Positions 1-8,051 of a DNA stretch of 64,000 bases are shown here, one piece after another. This stretch comes from a bacterium (lineage in GTDB: Bacteria > Desulfobacterota > DSWW01): the NCBI GenBank assembly GCA_040756235.1, contig JBFLZG010000042.1:30014-94013 (forward strand). The letters are read 5' to 3'. The notes under the pieces were generated by a model. The model was not told where the DNA came from. It saw nothing but the letters and a program-made list of their open reading frames with translations, and did no database searches. Within the stretch, counting starts at the first letter, position 1, and each line of letters opens with the position of its first letter. Made by a program: the position numbers and the translations under genes.

Positions 1-387
1 GCGCCGAAAATCATCCGCGAAGGGGCCGTGGCTCCGGAGCTTCCACCCATTCCCGAGGACGAGCAGCTGGAGTTGTTCGGGGAGGTTGCAAGTCCGGGAA
101 CTGCACACGCCAGGGCTCGTGTCATCCGCCGGCCCCAGGACCTGCTCGAGTTCCAGAGGGGAGAAATCCTGGTGGCCGAGTATACGGACCCGAGCTGGAC
201 GCCTGTACTGCCCATGGCGGCAGGCCTGGTACTCTGCCTGGGCGGGCTCCTCTCTCACGGTTCCATCATAGCCCGGGAGTATGGGATTCCGGCGCTGATT
301 CACGTTGCAGGTGCCCTGCAGCGAATCCGTACCGGAGACAGCCTCTGGATGAATGCCGATCAGGGAAAGGTGCGGATCGAGCGATAG
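1..387 (+). CDS. PEP-utilising enzyme, C-terminal mobile (phosphohistidine) domain; 5' end lies outside the window
   Basis: Motifs GEILVAEYTDPSWTP and GGLLSHGSIIAREYGIPA; reading frame is open from position 1. Confidence 0.85.
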   Translation, partial: APKIIREGAVAPELPPIPEDEQLELFGEVASPGTAHARARVIRRPQDLLEFQRGEILVAEYTDPSWTPVLPMAAGLVLCLGGLLSHGSIIAREYGIPALIHVAGALQRIRTGDSLWMNADQGKVRIER

Positions 388-482
388 GGGCGAACGGGAG
401 CAGCCGCGAGCCCGGGAAGGGCCGGCGCAAGGGCGCTCGGTCGGGTTTTCCCGGGCGTCCGAGCAGGCCCCGAACTCGTTTG

Positions 483-511
483 TTGACAAAGAGGCCCGGA
501 TTGGATAAACA
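483..511 (+). promoter_or_regulatory. Putative sigma70 promoter of tRNA-Gly(CCC)
   Basis: TTGACA-17 bp-TAAACA, 35 bp upstream of the tRNA. Confidence 0.5.
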
Positions 512-546
512 CAAAGGCAGGACGATGGCTTTGCATGCCGGAATGA

Positions 547-622
547 GCGGGCATAACTCAGCTGGTAGAGTTCCAGCTTCCCAAGCTGGCTGTCGCGGGT
601 TCGAGTCCCGTTGCCCGCTCCA
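547..622 (+). tRNA. tRNA-Gly(CCC)
   Basis: 76-nt cloverleaf: GCGGGCA/TGCCCGC acceptor stem, anticodon arm CCAGC-TTCCCAA-GCTGG, GTTCGAGTC T-loop, CCA end. Confidence 0.97.
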
Positions 623-623
623 G
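577..623 (+). repeat. attL, 47-bp direct repeat (3' part of tRNA-Gly)
   Basis: Identical to 10469-10515. Confidence 0.95.
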
Positions 624-632
624 ACTGAAATC

Positions 633-670
633 AAGGGGTTACGCGTCACAGTGTAACCCCTTTCTCATTT
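633..670 (+). terminator. Hairpin terminator between tRNA and convergent integrase
   Basis: AAGGGGTTACGC / GTGTAACCCCTT stem followed by a T-rich tract. Confidence 0.65.
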
Positions 671-1779
671 TCTGACTGCGATTCTGCTACCGGTTTGCTA
701 CCGGTTGCCGAAAAAACTGCCTCTTCCAGCCTCCGCGCCGCCTCCGGGTCCCTGGCCTTCATCAGGTGCGAGTACGTGTTCAGGGTGATGGTCGGGTTGG
801 CGTGTCCGAGCTGGCTCTGAATGTACTTGATGTTCTCGCCCTGCTCGAGCCGCATGGACGCGTTCAGATGGCGAAGGTCATGGAAGCGGACCCCCGGAAG
901 GCAGGCCTTTGTGAGCGCCGGCTTGAAATGCCTCTCCATGAGGTTGTTGTGCTCCATCGGCCGGCCCGCCTCGTTCGGGAACATAAGATCCAGCTTGCAC
1001 TTCGGGCAGGCCAGCTTCCACTTCTTCAGCTCCGTCAGGAGGGAAGGGCCCAGGTCGATCCTCCTGACGGATGCCTCGGTCTTCGGAGCGAAGAACTTCC
1101 CGAGCTTGGTAGACCGCTGGATGCTCAACTGGCCGCTCTCAAAGTCCAGGTCCGTCCACTTCAAAGCGAGAAGTTCCCCTTGCCGGGCTCCGGTCATGAT
1201 CGCAAGGTGGTAGATGGTCCGATACTTCATGTCCGGCTCGGCAGCCAGTAACTTCTGGATCTCGGCAGGAGCCAGCATCTTCCAGGTCCGCCCCTCCCGG
1301 CCGGGGCTTCGAGGTTTCTCGGCGTCCCTTACTGGGTTGTGGTCAATGAGCTTGTGCCGGACTGCGTACTGCATGATCTGCCCGAAGACCATGAGGATCT
1401 TTCGGAGAGTGACGACGTTCATCCCTGCCGTTTGATGGGCAGAGATGAACTTCTCGACCGTCACCGATCCAATCCGGTCAACCCGAAGGTCTTTGACTGC
1501 CGCATAATGGTTCTTCACGTACCCGGCCCACAGAGCATAGGAAGTCTCCCGGAGGTTCGGCTTCTTGAATTGCAGCCAGTCCTCCGCAACCTCTTTGAAG
1601 GTCGGAATCTTCTTCGCAGGGAGATAGATTCCTCGTGCAAGCTGGTCCTCGATTTCCCGCAGCTTGTCCTGCGTCTTCTTTTTCGTCGATTTCGCCGGCA
1701 TCGTCACCCATCTTCTGCGGCCCTGGTTGTCATAGAAGTCGATCACGTACCGGCCGCGTCGCTTCACGATACAGGCCAT
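646..1779 (-). CDS. int: Tyrosine recombinase (phage integrase)
   Basis: TGARQGELLAL (R), PKT (K), FHDLRH (HxxR), LGHA..TLNTYSH (H, Y); adjacent to attL. Confidence 0.95.
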   Translation of the reverse strand: MACIVKRRGRYVIDFYDNQGRRRWVTMPAKSTKKKTQDKLREIEDQLARGIYLPAKKIPTFKEVAEDWLQFKKPNLRETSYALWAGYVKNHYAAVKDLRVDRIGSVTVEKFISAHQTAGMNVVTLRKILMVFGQIMQYAVRHKLIDHNPVRDAEKPRSPGREGRTWKMLAPAEIQKLLAAEPDMKYRTIYHLAIMTGARQGELLALKWTDLDFESGQLSIQRSTKLGKFFAPKTEASVRRIDLGPSLLTELKKWKLACPKCKLDLMFPNEAGRPMEHNNLMERHFKPALTKACLPGVRFHDLRHLNASMRLEQGENIKYIQSQLGHANPTITLNTYSHLMKARDPEAARRLEEAVFSATGSKPVAESQSENEKGVTL

Positions 1780-1824
1780 GCTCCCCTCCCTCCCCGGCCG
1801 CGGGCGCCGGGGTGTCGGTCGTGG

Positions 1825-2649
1825 TCAATGAACCCTTGCGATAACCATCTTCACCTGCTTGCCGGTGAGCGTCTTTCGCCTCAGAAGGGCGATCGCCAGG
1901 GCGTCGACCTTCTTCCAGTGCTCACGGATAAGGGCCTCCGCCCGTGCTTGGCAGAGTTCGAGAAACTTCACCCTCACGGACCAATCTTCGTATACCGTCT
2001 CGGCAAGCTGCCTTGCATGGGTGTGGTCCTTGTCCTCGGGGCCTCCATCCGAGAAGCCAGACCCGACAATCGCCGCCATCTCCCCCGCAAGAAACATGGC
2101 GATTTGTGCCTCGGCCCAAGTCCGCTTCTCCGCTCTTGTCCTTGGTGCGGCCGAATAGCATGAGGTCTGCCATCGCACGGTCCCCCGATATTCCCCCGCC
2201 GGCACTATGGTGACCGATGCAATCTCCTCCATAAACGGAAGGATGATCGCCAGGACCGCATGGCCGGCTTCGTGGTAAGCGGTTCTCTTCAACTCTTCCG
2301 ACTCGGGCCGTTTAGCCATCCCCCCTGATTGCAGCCCCAACTTTTCGGTGATGAGAGGCCGAAGAAGAGGGGCGAACAGCGCATTTGTTTCCTTCTCGGG
2401 AAAGTTCTGATTGCGGCTCTCGAGGCAAATGGTTGTTCTGAAACAGGCCAGGATATATTCTGCGGTAAAGGGCCGTATGGAACACCGCTCCCCACGTTTC
2501 GCGTGAAACTGAGCTACCCATTTTTGCCTCGCATTAAGTCTTACAAACTCGTCCCTTTCCTCCACCAACTTGTACCAGATTGGCAGGACTTCCTCCGGCA
2601 AGCTCGCGTGGACAGTTCCGACCGTCACCCTCGTTTCTCGTGCTTCCAT
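1825..2649 (-). CDS. Stand-alone peptidase M41 (FtsH protease domain)-like metalloprotease with ~110 aa N-terminal extension
   Basis: [11 protein letters not shown] zinc motif, FLAGEMA, and C-terminal WKKVDALAIALLRRKTLTGKQV resembling the FtsH protease domain; no AAA or TM domain. Confidence 0.75.
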   Translation of the reverse strand: MEARETRVTVGTVHASLPEEVLPIWYKLVEERDEFVRLNARQKWVAQFHAKRGERCSIRPFTAEYILACFRTTICLESRNQNFPEKETNALFAPLLRPLITEKLGLQSGGMAKRPESEELKRTAYHEAGHAVLAIILPFMEEIASVTIVPAGEYRGTVRWQTSCYSAAPRTRAEKRTWAEAQIAMFLAGEMAAIVGSGFSDGGPEDKDHTHARQLAETVYEDWSVRVKFLELCQARAEALIREHWKKVDALAIALLRRKTLTGKQVKMVIARVH

Positions 2650-2854
2650 GCTCTGTCCCTCCAGAAATGAAAAGGGCGAGTCCTGCTTCAGCCCGTGTAG
2701 GAGCTGCCCGACACCTCGCGATGCCGGGGGACTCGCCCAATTCTTCCCGGTCGAAACAAAAATGCCATTCTCACGGGATGGCTCCGCTACACGTGTTCAA
2801 GCACCCCCATGATGGAAGGAGGGCAGGAGGAAGTCAAGAAGAAATCTCAGGCCC

Positions 2855-3121
2855 TCATCCGTTCGCGAAGAAGAGCCCCGGGCCCTTGCCCTTCGCTTCT
2901 GCCGTGTTGGCCCTCAGCACCTCCAGGGCAACCTGGCTCACCCTGGCTGCGACCGCGGCGTCCGAGCGCAACACCTCGACCGCAACTTGGGTCACCTGCC
3001 CCGCAACGCCAGCATCGGAGCGCAACACCTCGACCGCAACCTGGGTCACCTGCCCCGCAACGCCAGCATCGGAGCGCAACACCTCGACCGCAACCTGAGT
3101 GATTATCGCTTCGCCTGCCAT
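2855..3121 (-). CDS. 88-aa protein with 18-aa repeats (TQVAVEVLRSDAGVAGQV), putative virion/tail-associated
   Basis: ATG overlaps the upstream stop (TGATG); tandem repeats are in frame. Confidence 0.7.
   Translation of the reverse strand: MAGEAIITQVAVEVLRSDAGVAGQVTQVAVEVLRSDAGVAGQVTQVAVEVLRSDAAVAARVSQVALEVLRANTAEAKGKGPGLFFANG
2910..3097. repeat. 54-bp coding tandem repeat, three near-identical cores plus one degenerate copy
   Basis: GAGCGCAACACCTCGACCGCAAC at 2964, 3018 and 3072. Confidence 0.9.
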
Positions 3122-4155
3122 CAGCTCATGACCTCCGGGCCCGCTTGGATGGCGTTGACGCCGCTCTCGGTCCACGCAACCGCGGTATCGGGATCCGTCT
3201 CGAGAATGCGGGTGTAGTATTCGTAATCCGTGCCGAGCGCCTGGTCAGACCCGGAAGAGGTTGTCGCCCCGCTCTTGACCGTCGCCCCGATCCCGCGATC
3301 TCCCGCGTCTGCCTTCTTGGCGTTGACGAGCGCCTGAACCCCGGCTATGGACGGGGACGAGAGAGCCGTCAGGGACGAGAACTTGAGCAGTGAGATGTGC
3401 CCGACCGTGTTGCTCGAGAGGTAATCCGTATCCTCGTTCGGGGGATTGTCGTCCACGACCGCGTACTGATCGGAGCCCGCCGAAGGCGTGAACTGCGAAA
3501 GATCCCCGTCCTCGTCCGGGAGAAGGGCGTCAACCCTCTGGTCGCCAAGGAAGTCGTTGTTTGCAGCGCCGGTGCCATCGCAGATGTACAGGTCGTCAAT
3601 ATCGACCACGAACCCCTGTGCCTCGTAAACACAGATCCCGAACTGAACGATGTTCGCGTAGGCGTTGGCGGTCGCTTGAAGATCCTGCCCGGTAGCTACC
3701 GTGATCCAGTCAGCGCCATTCACCCGGACCTTGCAACTATTCTCCGCGATGGAGTTCGCAATCGTGATCTTCCACTCGATGTAGGCATACACCCCGGTGC
3801 CCAAAACGTTCGTGCTCTTCCCATCCGTTACGGCTGTGCCGGCCCGGGTGACCTGGAGCGTGCCGTCACTGTTGAGCCGCAGGTCCGCCTGGACGGAGGC
3901 CCCATCCAGTAACCGCGCAAGCACCCTGGCCGTATTCGGCAGAGAGCTGTAGTAGAACGCAAACCCCATGATCCACGTCGCTTGCGCATCCAGGGCCACG
4001 CTCAGGTAGGCACTGTTCGACGAGGTGCGGAAGCTGGCCGTCCCCCGCCTTCCCGATCCGGCGTTGATCGTTGGCGAGCCGCCCCGGACCGGGTATCTCT
4101 CGGGCAGATCCGCCGTTGCATAGGCGTCAAAGGAATCGATGTGACGCAGGGCCAT
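3121..4155 (-). CDS. Beta-rich putative phage virion structural/tail protein (LamG/ConA-like N-terminal half)
   Basis: 344 aa, RBS AAGGAGG; motifs YIEWKITI..VRVNG, IDDLYICDGTG..NDFLGD, TDPDTAVAWT resemble siphophage virion proteins as recalled, not searched. Confidence 0.6.
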   Translation of the reverse strand: MALRHIDSFDAYATADLPERYPVRGGSPTINAGSGRRGTASFRTSSNSAYLSVALDAQATWIMGFAFYYSSLPNTARVLARLLDGASVQADLRLNSDGTLQVTRAGTAVTDGKSTNVLGTGVYAYIEWKITIANSIAENSCKVRVNGADWITVATGQDLQATANAYANIVQFGICVYEAQGFVVDIDDLYICDGTGAANNDFLGDQRVDALLPDEDGDLSQFTPSAGSDQYAVVDDNPPNEDTDYLSSNTVGHISLLKFSSLTALSSPSIAGVQALVNAKKADAGDRGIGATVKSGATTSSGSDQALGTDYEYYTRILETDPDTAVAWTESGVNAIQAGPEVMS

Positions 4156-4229
4156 GGTAGGTTCCTCCTTGACCGGTCTGGTTAGTGGATGTTATACGAT
4201 GTTTCCCATAATTCTGAGGAGAAGAAGTC

Positions 4230-4505
4230 ATGAGAGCCCCGTTGTTGATCGCCTTGGCGACGTTTACCCTGCTCGGCTGCGGCTCCGATTCCTCCTCCGA
4301 CCATCCCGCCGACTGCGAACCGGAAGCTGAATACGGCATCTGCACCGCGCAGCTTTGCTGCTACAAGCCCGATGCCCACTGCTATTGGGTGATCAACGGG
4401 GAAGAAATGTTCGAATGCGACCACGCCGTAAGCGGGGATGCCTGTTACGACATCTGGGGGCAGGGCCAACTTTACCTCGTTGAGTACTGTTCGCCCGAGC
4501 CCTGA
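4230..4505 (+). CDS. Small Cys-rich lipoprotein (element cargo)
   Basis: RBS GAGGAG, signal peptide with lipobox LLGC, eight further Cys. Confidence 0.75.
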   Translation: MRAPLLIALATFTLLGCGSDSSSDHPADCEPEAEYGICTAQLCCYKPDAHCYWVINGEEMFECDHAVSGDACYDIWGQGQLYLVEYCSPEP

Positions 4506-4623
4506 CCTCACGACAGCGAAGCCGTTTTCCTGCCCTGGACGCGCGATCTCAGGCCGGCAGGATGAAAGACACGGGCTCATCGGCGATCGCCTCGAATCCG
4601 CCAGAAAGCGGCCGCGGGGAACC

Positions 4624-4833
4624 TCAAACGAATAGCTCCAGGTTGCGCACGATAATCTGAGCCGCCGCCTCGACTCCCACGAGCTGAACCCACTCTTCAG
4701 CCATCTTCTCGAGCTTCCGGATCCGCTCCTCTTCCCACGGCTCGAGCCCGGGCAGAACCCGCGCAAGAGAGACGTGCTGCTCAAGCCTTCGAACATGGCG
4801 CCTCGTTCTCCGCCACGGCAAGGGCAACGGCAT
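4624..4833 (-). CDS. Small hypothetical protein; start uncertain
   Basis: Same strand as element operon, helical protein-like composition. Confidence 0.4.
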   Translation of the reverse strand: MPLPLPWRRTRRHVRRLEQHVSLARVLPGLEPWEEERIRKLEKMAEEWVQLVGVEAAAQIIVRNLELFV

Positions 4834-4951
4834 TACCTCGGCCCCGGTAAGAAACCGGTCCGGCCAGGAGGAAAACGCACTTCGTCCGAGGCCCCTGGCC
4901 GGTTGCGGATGCCGGCTCACCCGGTCGAAACCCTCGGACGCAGGAGGCCGT

Positions 4952-5362
4952 TCAGATCAGCCTGGGGTTTTTCACGCCCCCGAAGAAGTCTTCGTCCGTG
5001 ATGTCGCCGAAGCTCCGGACGGCCTGAGGCTCCGGGACTGCCCGGCCGTTGTCGGCAGGAGCCGCGGGGAGGGGTGCGAAGGCTTGCGGGTTTCCGATCG
5101 ACCGGAAGAAGGTGTCGTCGTCCACCTGGCCGAGGCTCCGGATTTCGCCTTCGCCGGCGAGCCGGTTGCCCGGCCCCTGCTTCGCCAGCAGGCTTGTGAC
5201 CCGCTCGTGCAGGTGGCGGAGGAGCGGCGCCGAATCCCCCCGCATTCTCTGCCCGAAGTAGCTCACAACCTCCGCCTGGAAAGCCACGTCTCCGGGTGCA
5301 AGCAGCTTGCTCAGATCCCGGTAGAAACCCAGCTCATCGTTGTACCCTTTGGTCGCCATCAC
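4952..5362 (-). CDS. Hypothetical protein with duplicated C-terminal motif
   Basis: RBS AAAGGAG; IRSLGQVDDDTFFRSIGNP and VRSFGDITDEDFFGGVKNP. Confidence 0.7.
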   Translation of the reverse strand: MMATKGYNDELGFYRDLSKLLAPGDVAFQAEVVSYFGQRMRGDSAPLLRHLHERVTSLLAKQGPGNRLAGEGEIRSLGQVDDDTFFRSIGNPQAFAPLPAAPADNGRAVPEPQAVRSFGDITDEDFFGGVKNPRLI

Positions 5363-5401
5363 ACACTCTCCTTTCGGTGCCTCATCCGCGGCGTTTGAGG
5401 A

Positions 5402-6016
5402 TCACTTTGCTGTGACGATCTCGTTCCGCACCTGTTCGAGCGTTTCCCGCCCCGGGTGCGTGAACGGGTTCCTGGCGTGCTCCGTTCGGTCGAAGCCCTC
5501 GATCACCGGAATCCGAAGCGTGGTGAGAACGGAAATGAAATCGCCCAGAACTTCGACAAACACTTGCCTGAGGTTCCCGTCCCTTAGCTCCCGCAGCAGG
5601 TCGTGTGCCGCCATCAGCCGCTTCGTATGGTGCCTGAGCGAGAGAGCCTTCTCGTCAAAAAGCCCGGCTTCCCGCTCCAGCCAGGTCCGCGCCAGGTCGG
5701 CGAAGGTCCTGTCCCGCTGGCCCGAAGCCGCCTCGAGTTTCCCGCGCAAGTCGGTGAGCTTCTCCCCGAGCCCCCTGAGCATGAGCTGCTCCCGCTCGCG
5801 CGCCGCCCGACAATCCCGGAGTTTCCCCTCCAGGTCCTCGGCTCCGCTCCCCGCAGCCAGGGCCCGGGACAGATCCGCCTCGAGCCGGGCCGCCGATTCC
5901 GCCAGCTCACAGATGCGGCCCGAAGTCTCGGTCCGCTGCGTCTCACAGCCCCTGATTTCGCCGGCCAGGTCCTCGGCCTCCCGGTTCAGCCTCTCGTACT
6001 GTTTTGCTCCCTTCAT
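5402..6016 (-). CDS. Coiled-coil hypothetical protein
   Basis: RBS AAAGGA before MKGAK; long heptad-like E/R/L/A-rich sequence. Confidence 0.7.
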   Translation of the reverse strand: MKGAKQYERLNREAEDLAGEIRGCETQRTETSGRICELAESAARLEADLSRALAAGSGAEDLEGKLRDCRAAREREQLMLRGLGEKLTDLRGKLEAASGQRDRTFADLARTWLEREAGLFDEKALSLRHHTKRLMAAHDLLRELRDGNLRQVFVEVLGDFISVLTTLRIPVIEGFDRTEHARNPFTHPGRETLEQVRNEIVTAK

Positions 6017-6071
6017 GTTCCGTCCTTTTCTTCTGGGGTGTTTGTCGCCATGATCGCGCGGCCGAAATGCC

Positions 6072-6611
6072 TCACGTTCCTCCGGAACCCACTTGATCTT
6101 CATGTCGCCCTTCCTCCGGAGCCTTGCCTTGAATCATGTGGCCGGCCGCGGGGAGCGGTCTGCTGTAGGCTTCAAGGAAAAGCCTAACCTCAGCGTCCAC
6201 GACGGCCACGACATCCTTGAGCTTCTGCTCGGACCCGACCGCCACGCGATGCCCGATGCGCCGGCTCAGGAGGAAGAGGGAGCGTTTCAGCTCCAGGATC
6301 CGGTCGACATGGCCCTTTTCGATCTCGGTCCGGGGAAGGAGTTCGCCTTCCCGTTGCCGCCGCTCCAGGCCAACGAGCAGGGCCCTTTCGCGCCGAAGGG
6401 CCGTGAGCCACCTCTGCCCCTCTTCGCTTTCGTCCGTGTGCTCTGCCGCTGTCCCCCGGGCCCGCTCGAGCGCCCATTCGACCGCCGCCCGGATGTCAAA
6501 GCGGCCGTCCGGATCCCGCTCCAGGCCGTCTTTCGTCCAGCGGCTCACGGTGGATGGTGAAACCTGGAAGACGGCCGCCAGGTAGGCCCGGGAAACCTTG
6601 AAGTCAGGCAT
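6072..6611 (-). CDS. terS: Terminase small subunit, lambda Nu1-like
   Basis: N-terminal wHTH (SRAYLAAVFQVSPSTVSRW..G..FDIRAAVEW) followed by helix ending in REGELLPR, typical of the Nu1 family. Confidence 0.75.
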   Translation of the reverse strand: MPDFKVSRAYLAAVFQVSPSTVSRWTKDGLERDPDGRFDIRAAVEWALERARGTAAEHTDESEEGQRWLTALRRERALLVGLERRQREGELLPRTEIEKGHVDRILELKRSLFLLSRRIGHRVAVGSEQKLKDVVAVVDAEVRLFLEAYSRPLPAAGHMIQGKAPEEGRHEDQVGSGGT

Positions 6612-6788
6612 TGGCGTTCCTCTCGTGTGCGTGCGTCGTAAAAATCAAACTATGGTATGTAGCCGGCACATGCGGTTTCTTGACCCCTGAGCCCCCCCGC
6701 CGGTCTCCAAGGACCCGCGCTGTTTGCCAAGCAGAACAAACCTTCACGTTTCTGCCTCTTTCGATCGGCCTGGCCGCCGGAGAGCTGC

Positions 6789-8051
6789 TCATGCATCTCC
6801 GTCTCCCTCATTCTCCCTGTCCTTCAGAATTCCGTGCTCCCGCATGCGCTGCGTTCTCCGGTCATAGTCGATCAGGTAGCGATATCCAACCGGCCCGAAG
6901 CGGTTCTTGCGGCACTCGAGGATGTGCCGCTTTCCCTCCCGCTTGAAGAAGAAGGAGTGATCCGCCTCATGCTCGATCTTCTTCGATTCTGCAATCTCCT
7001 GTTGTGCGTTCACCTGACTGACGATGACTCCGTGCAGGTCGTGCCGCTGCGTCACATTCCACAGGCTCTTTACCCATCGGGCGAAACGTTCATCCCGCAT
7101 CTCGTCCAGCTTCGGGTTGTCCCGGTCCAGCCGGCCGATGTAGTCAAGGCACCATATCCGAATGCCGTGGACGACTGCGTATTTCTCAATCAGGAGCGCT
7201 GCATCATGGACGTTCCTGGAAGCGTTGTCGCTGACGTGGAAGGGACTGTTTCTGATCCGCTCCAGGGCCTCACCGATGGCCTGATTGACTCGCCCGGATT
7301 CGATGGTCCGGAGCTCCTGGCCGGAGAGGATGCCCACGGCCCGGTCAAGCACGTCCTGCTCCCGCATCTCTGTTGTGATGTACAGCCCCGGGATCTCGCC
7401 CAGGATGCAGATGCTTGCGAACCAATTCACGGCGACTCCGCTTTTCCCGTGCCCGGTTGGCCCGGAGATAAGAGTAAGGCGTCTGCCCTGCAGGCCAGTC
7501 GTGTGAAAGTCCACGGTTTCGAAGCCGGTCCTGAATCCCTGGATGGGGTTGCCGCCCCTCTCGCGTCGCTGCTCCATCAGGAAGAAGCCCAGGTCGGCGA
7601 GCTCAGAGCCGTTGAAGACTCGACCTTTCTCCCGCCTGGTCGCGATTGCCAGGTCAAGCAGGTCTTGGCAGATTTCGCCCTCTTCCTTCGCGCCGATGCT
7701 CTGCCCGATTCGCAGAAGTCCGGTCTGCAGGCGCCTCTTGTTTGAGAGGGCCAGGACGCGCCGAAGGGGCCAGTCGGTTGCCCGGTACAGCTCCGCCTCT
7801 TCCATAGTCGCAGAGAGGGAAACAAACGAAACGTCCGTGCCCTTCAGCTCCTCCAGGACGGCCGGCAGCTCGACTTTGCCGTCGCGCAGGTAGACGGCCT
7901 GGAAGGCCACAAACGTTTCCTTGTGCTCCCGGAAGTAAAAGTCTTCCGGGTCCAGACGGTCATGCACCTTAAGATAGTGCTCAGGCTCGAGCAGGAGTCT
8001 GCCCAGGAGACACCGTTCCGCTTGCCGGTCATACAGTTCAGGCTCGCTCAT
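6789..8051 (-). CDS. DnaB-like replicative helicase
   Basis: N-domain AERCLLG..LDPEDFY..H, Walker A GPTGHGKS, TEM, LDYIG, SQVN, IEHEAD, KNRFGP; start MSEPEL overlaps the rep stop. Confidence 0.9.
   Translation of the reverse strand: MSEPELYDRQAERCLLGRLLLEPEHYLKVHDRLDPEDFYFREHKETFVAFQAVYLRDGKVELPAVLEELKGTDVSFVSLSATMEEAELYRATDWPLRRVLALSNKRRLQTGLLRIGQSIGAKEEGEICQDLLDLAIATRREKGRVFNGSELADLGFFLMEQRRERGGNPIQGFRTGFETVDFHTTGLQGRRLTLISGPTGHGKSGVAVNWFASICILGEIPGLYITTEMREQDVLDRAVGILSGQELRTIESGRVNQAIGEALERIRNSPFHVSDNASRNVHDAALLIEKYAVVHGIRIWCLDYIGRLDRDNPKLDEMRDERFARWVKSLWNVTQRHDLHGVIVSQVNAQQEIAESKKIEHEADHSFFFKREGKRHILECRKNRFGPVGYRYLIDYDRRTQRMREHGILKDRENEGDGDA

Noticed and set aside
266..649. ORFs containing WSGQRDSNPRQPAW (also 10437-11420)
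   Set aside because: Antisense translation of the tRNA/att sequence.
2910..3097. 54-bp repeats as a mini CRISPR array
   Set aside because: Intervening segments are also repeated, so there are no unique spacers, and the period keeps a protein reading frame.
6604..6792. 62-aa ORF between helicase and terS
   Set aside because: No recognisable features; the region is better explained as the cos/regulatory interval, though a small gene cannot be excluded.
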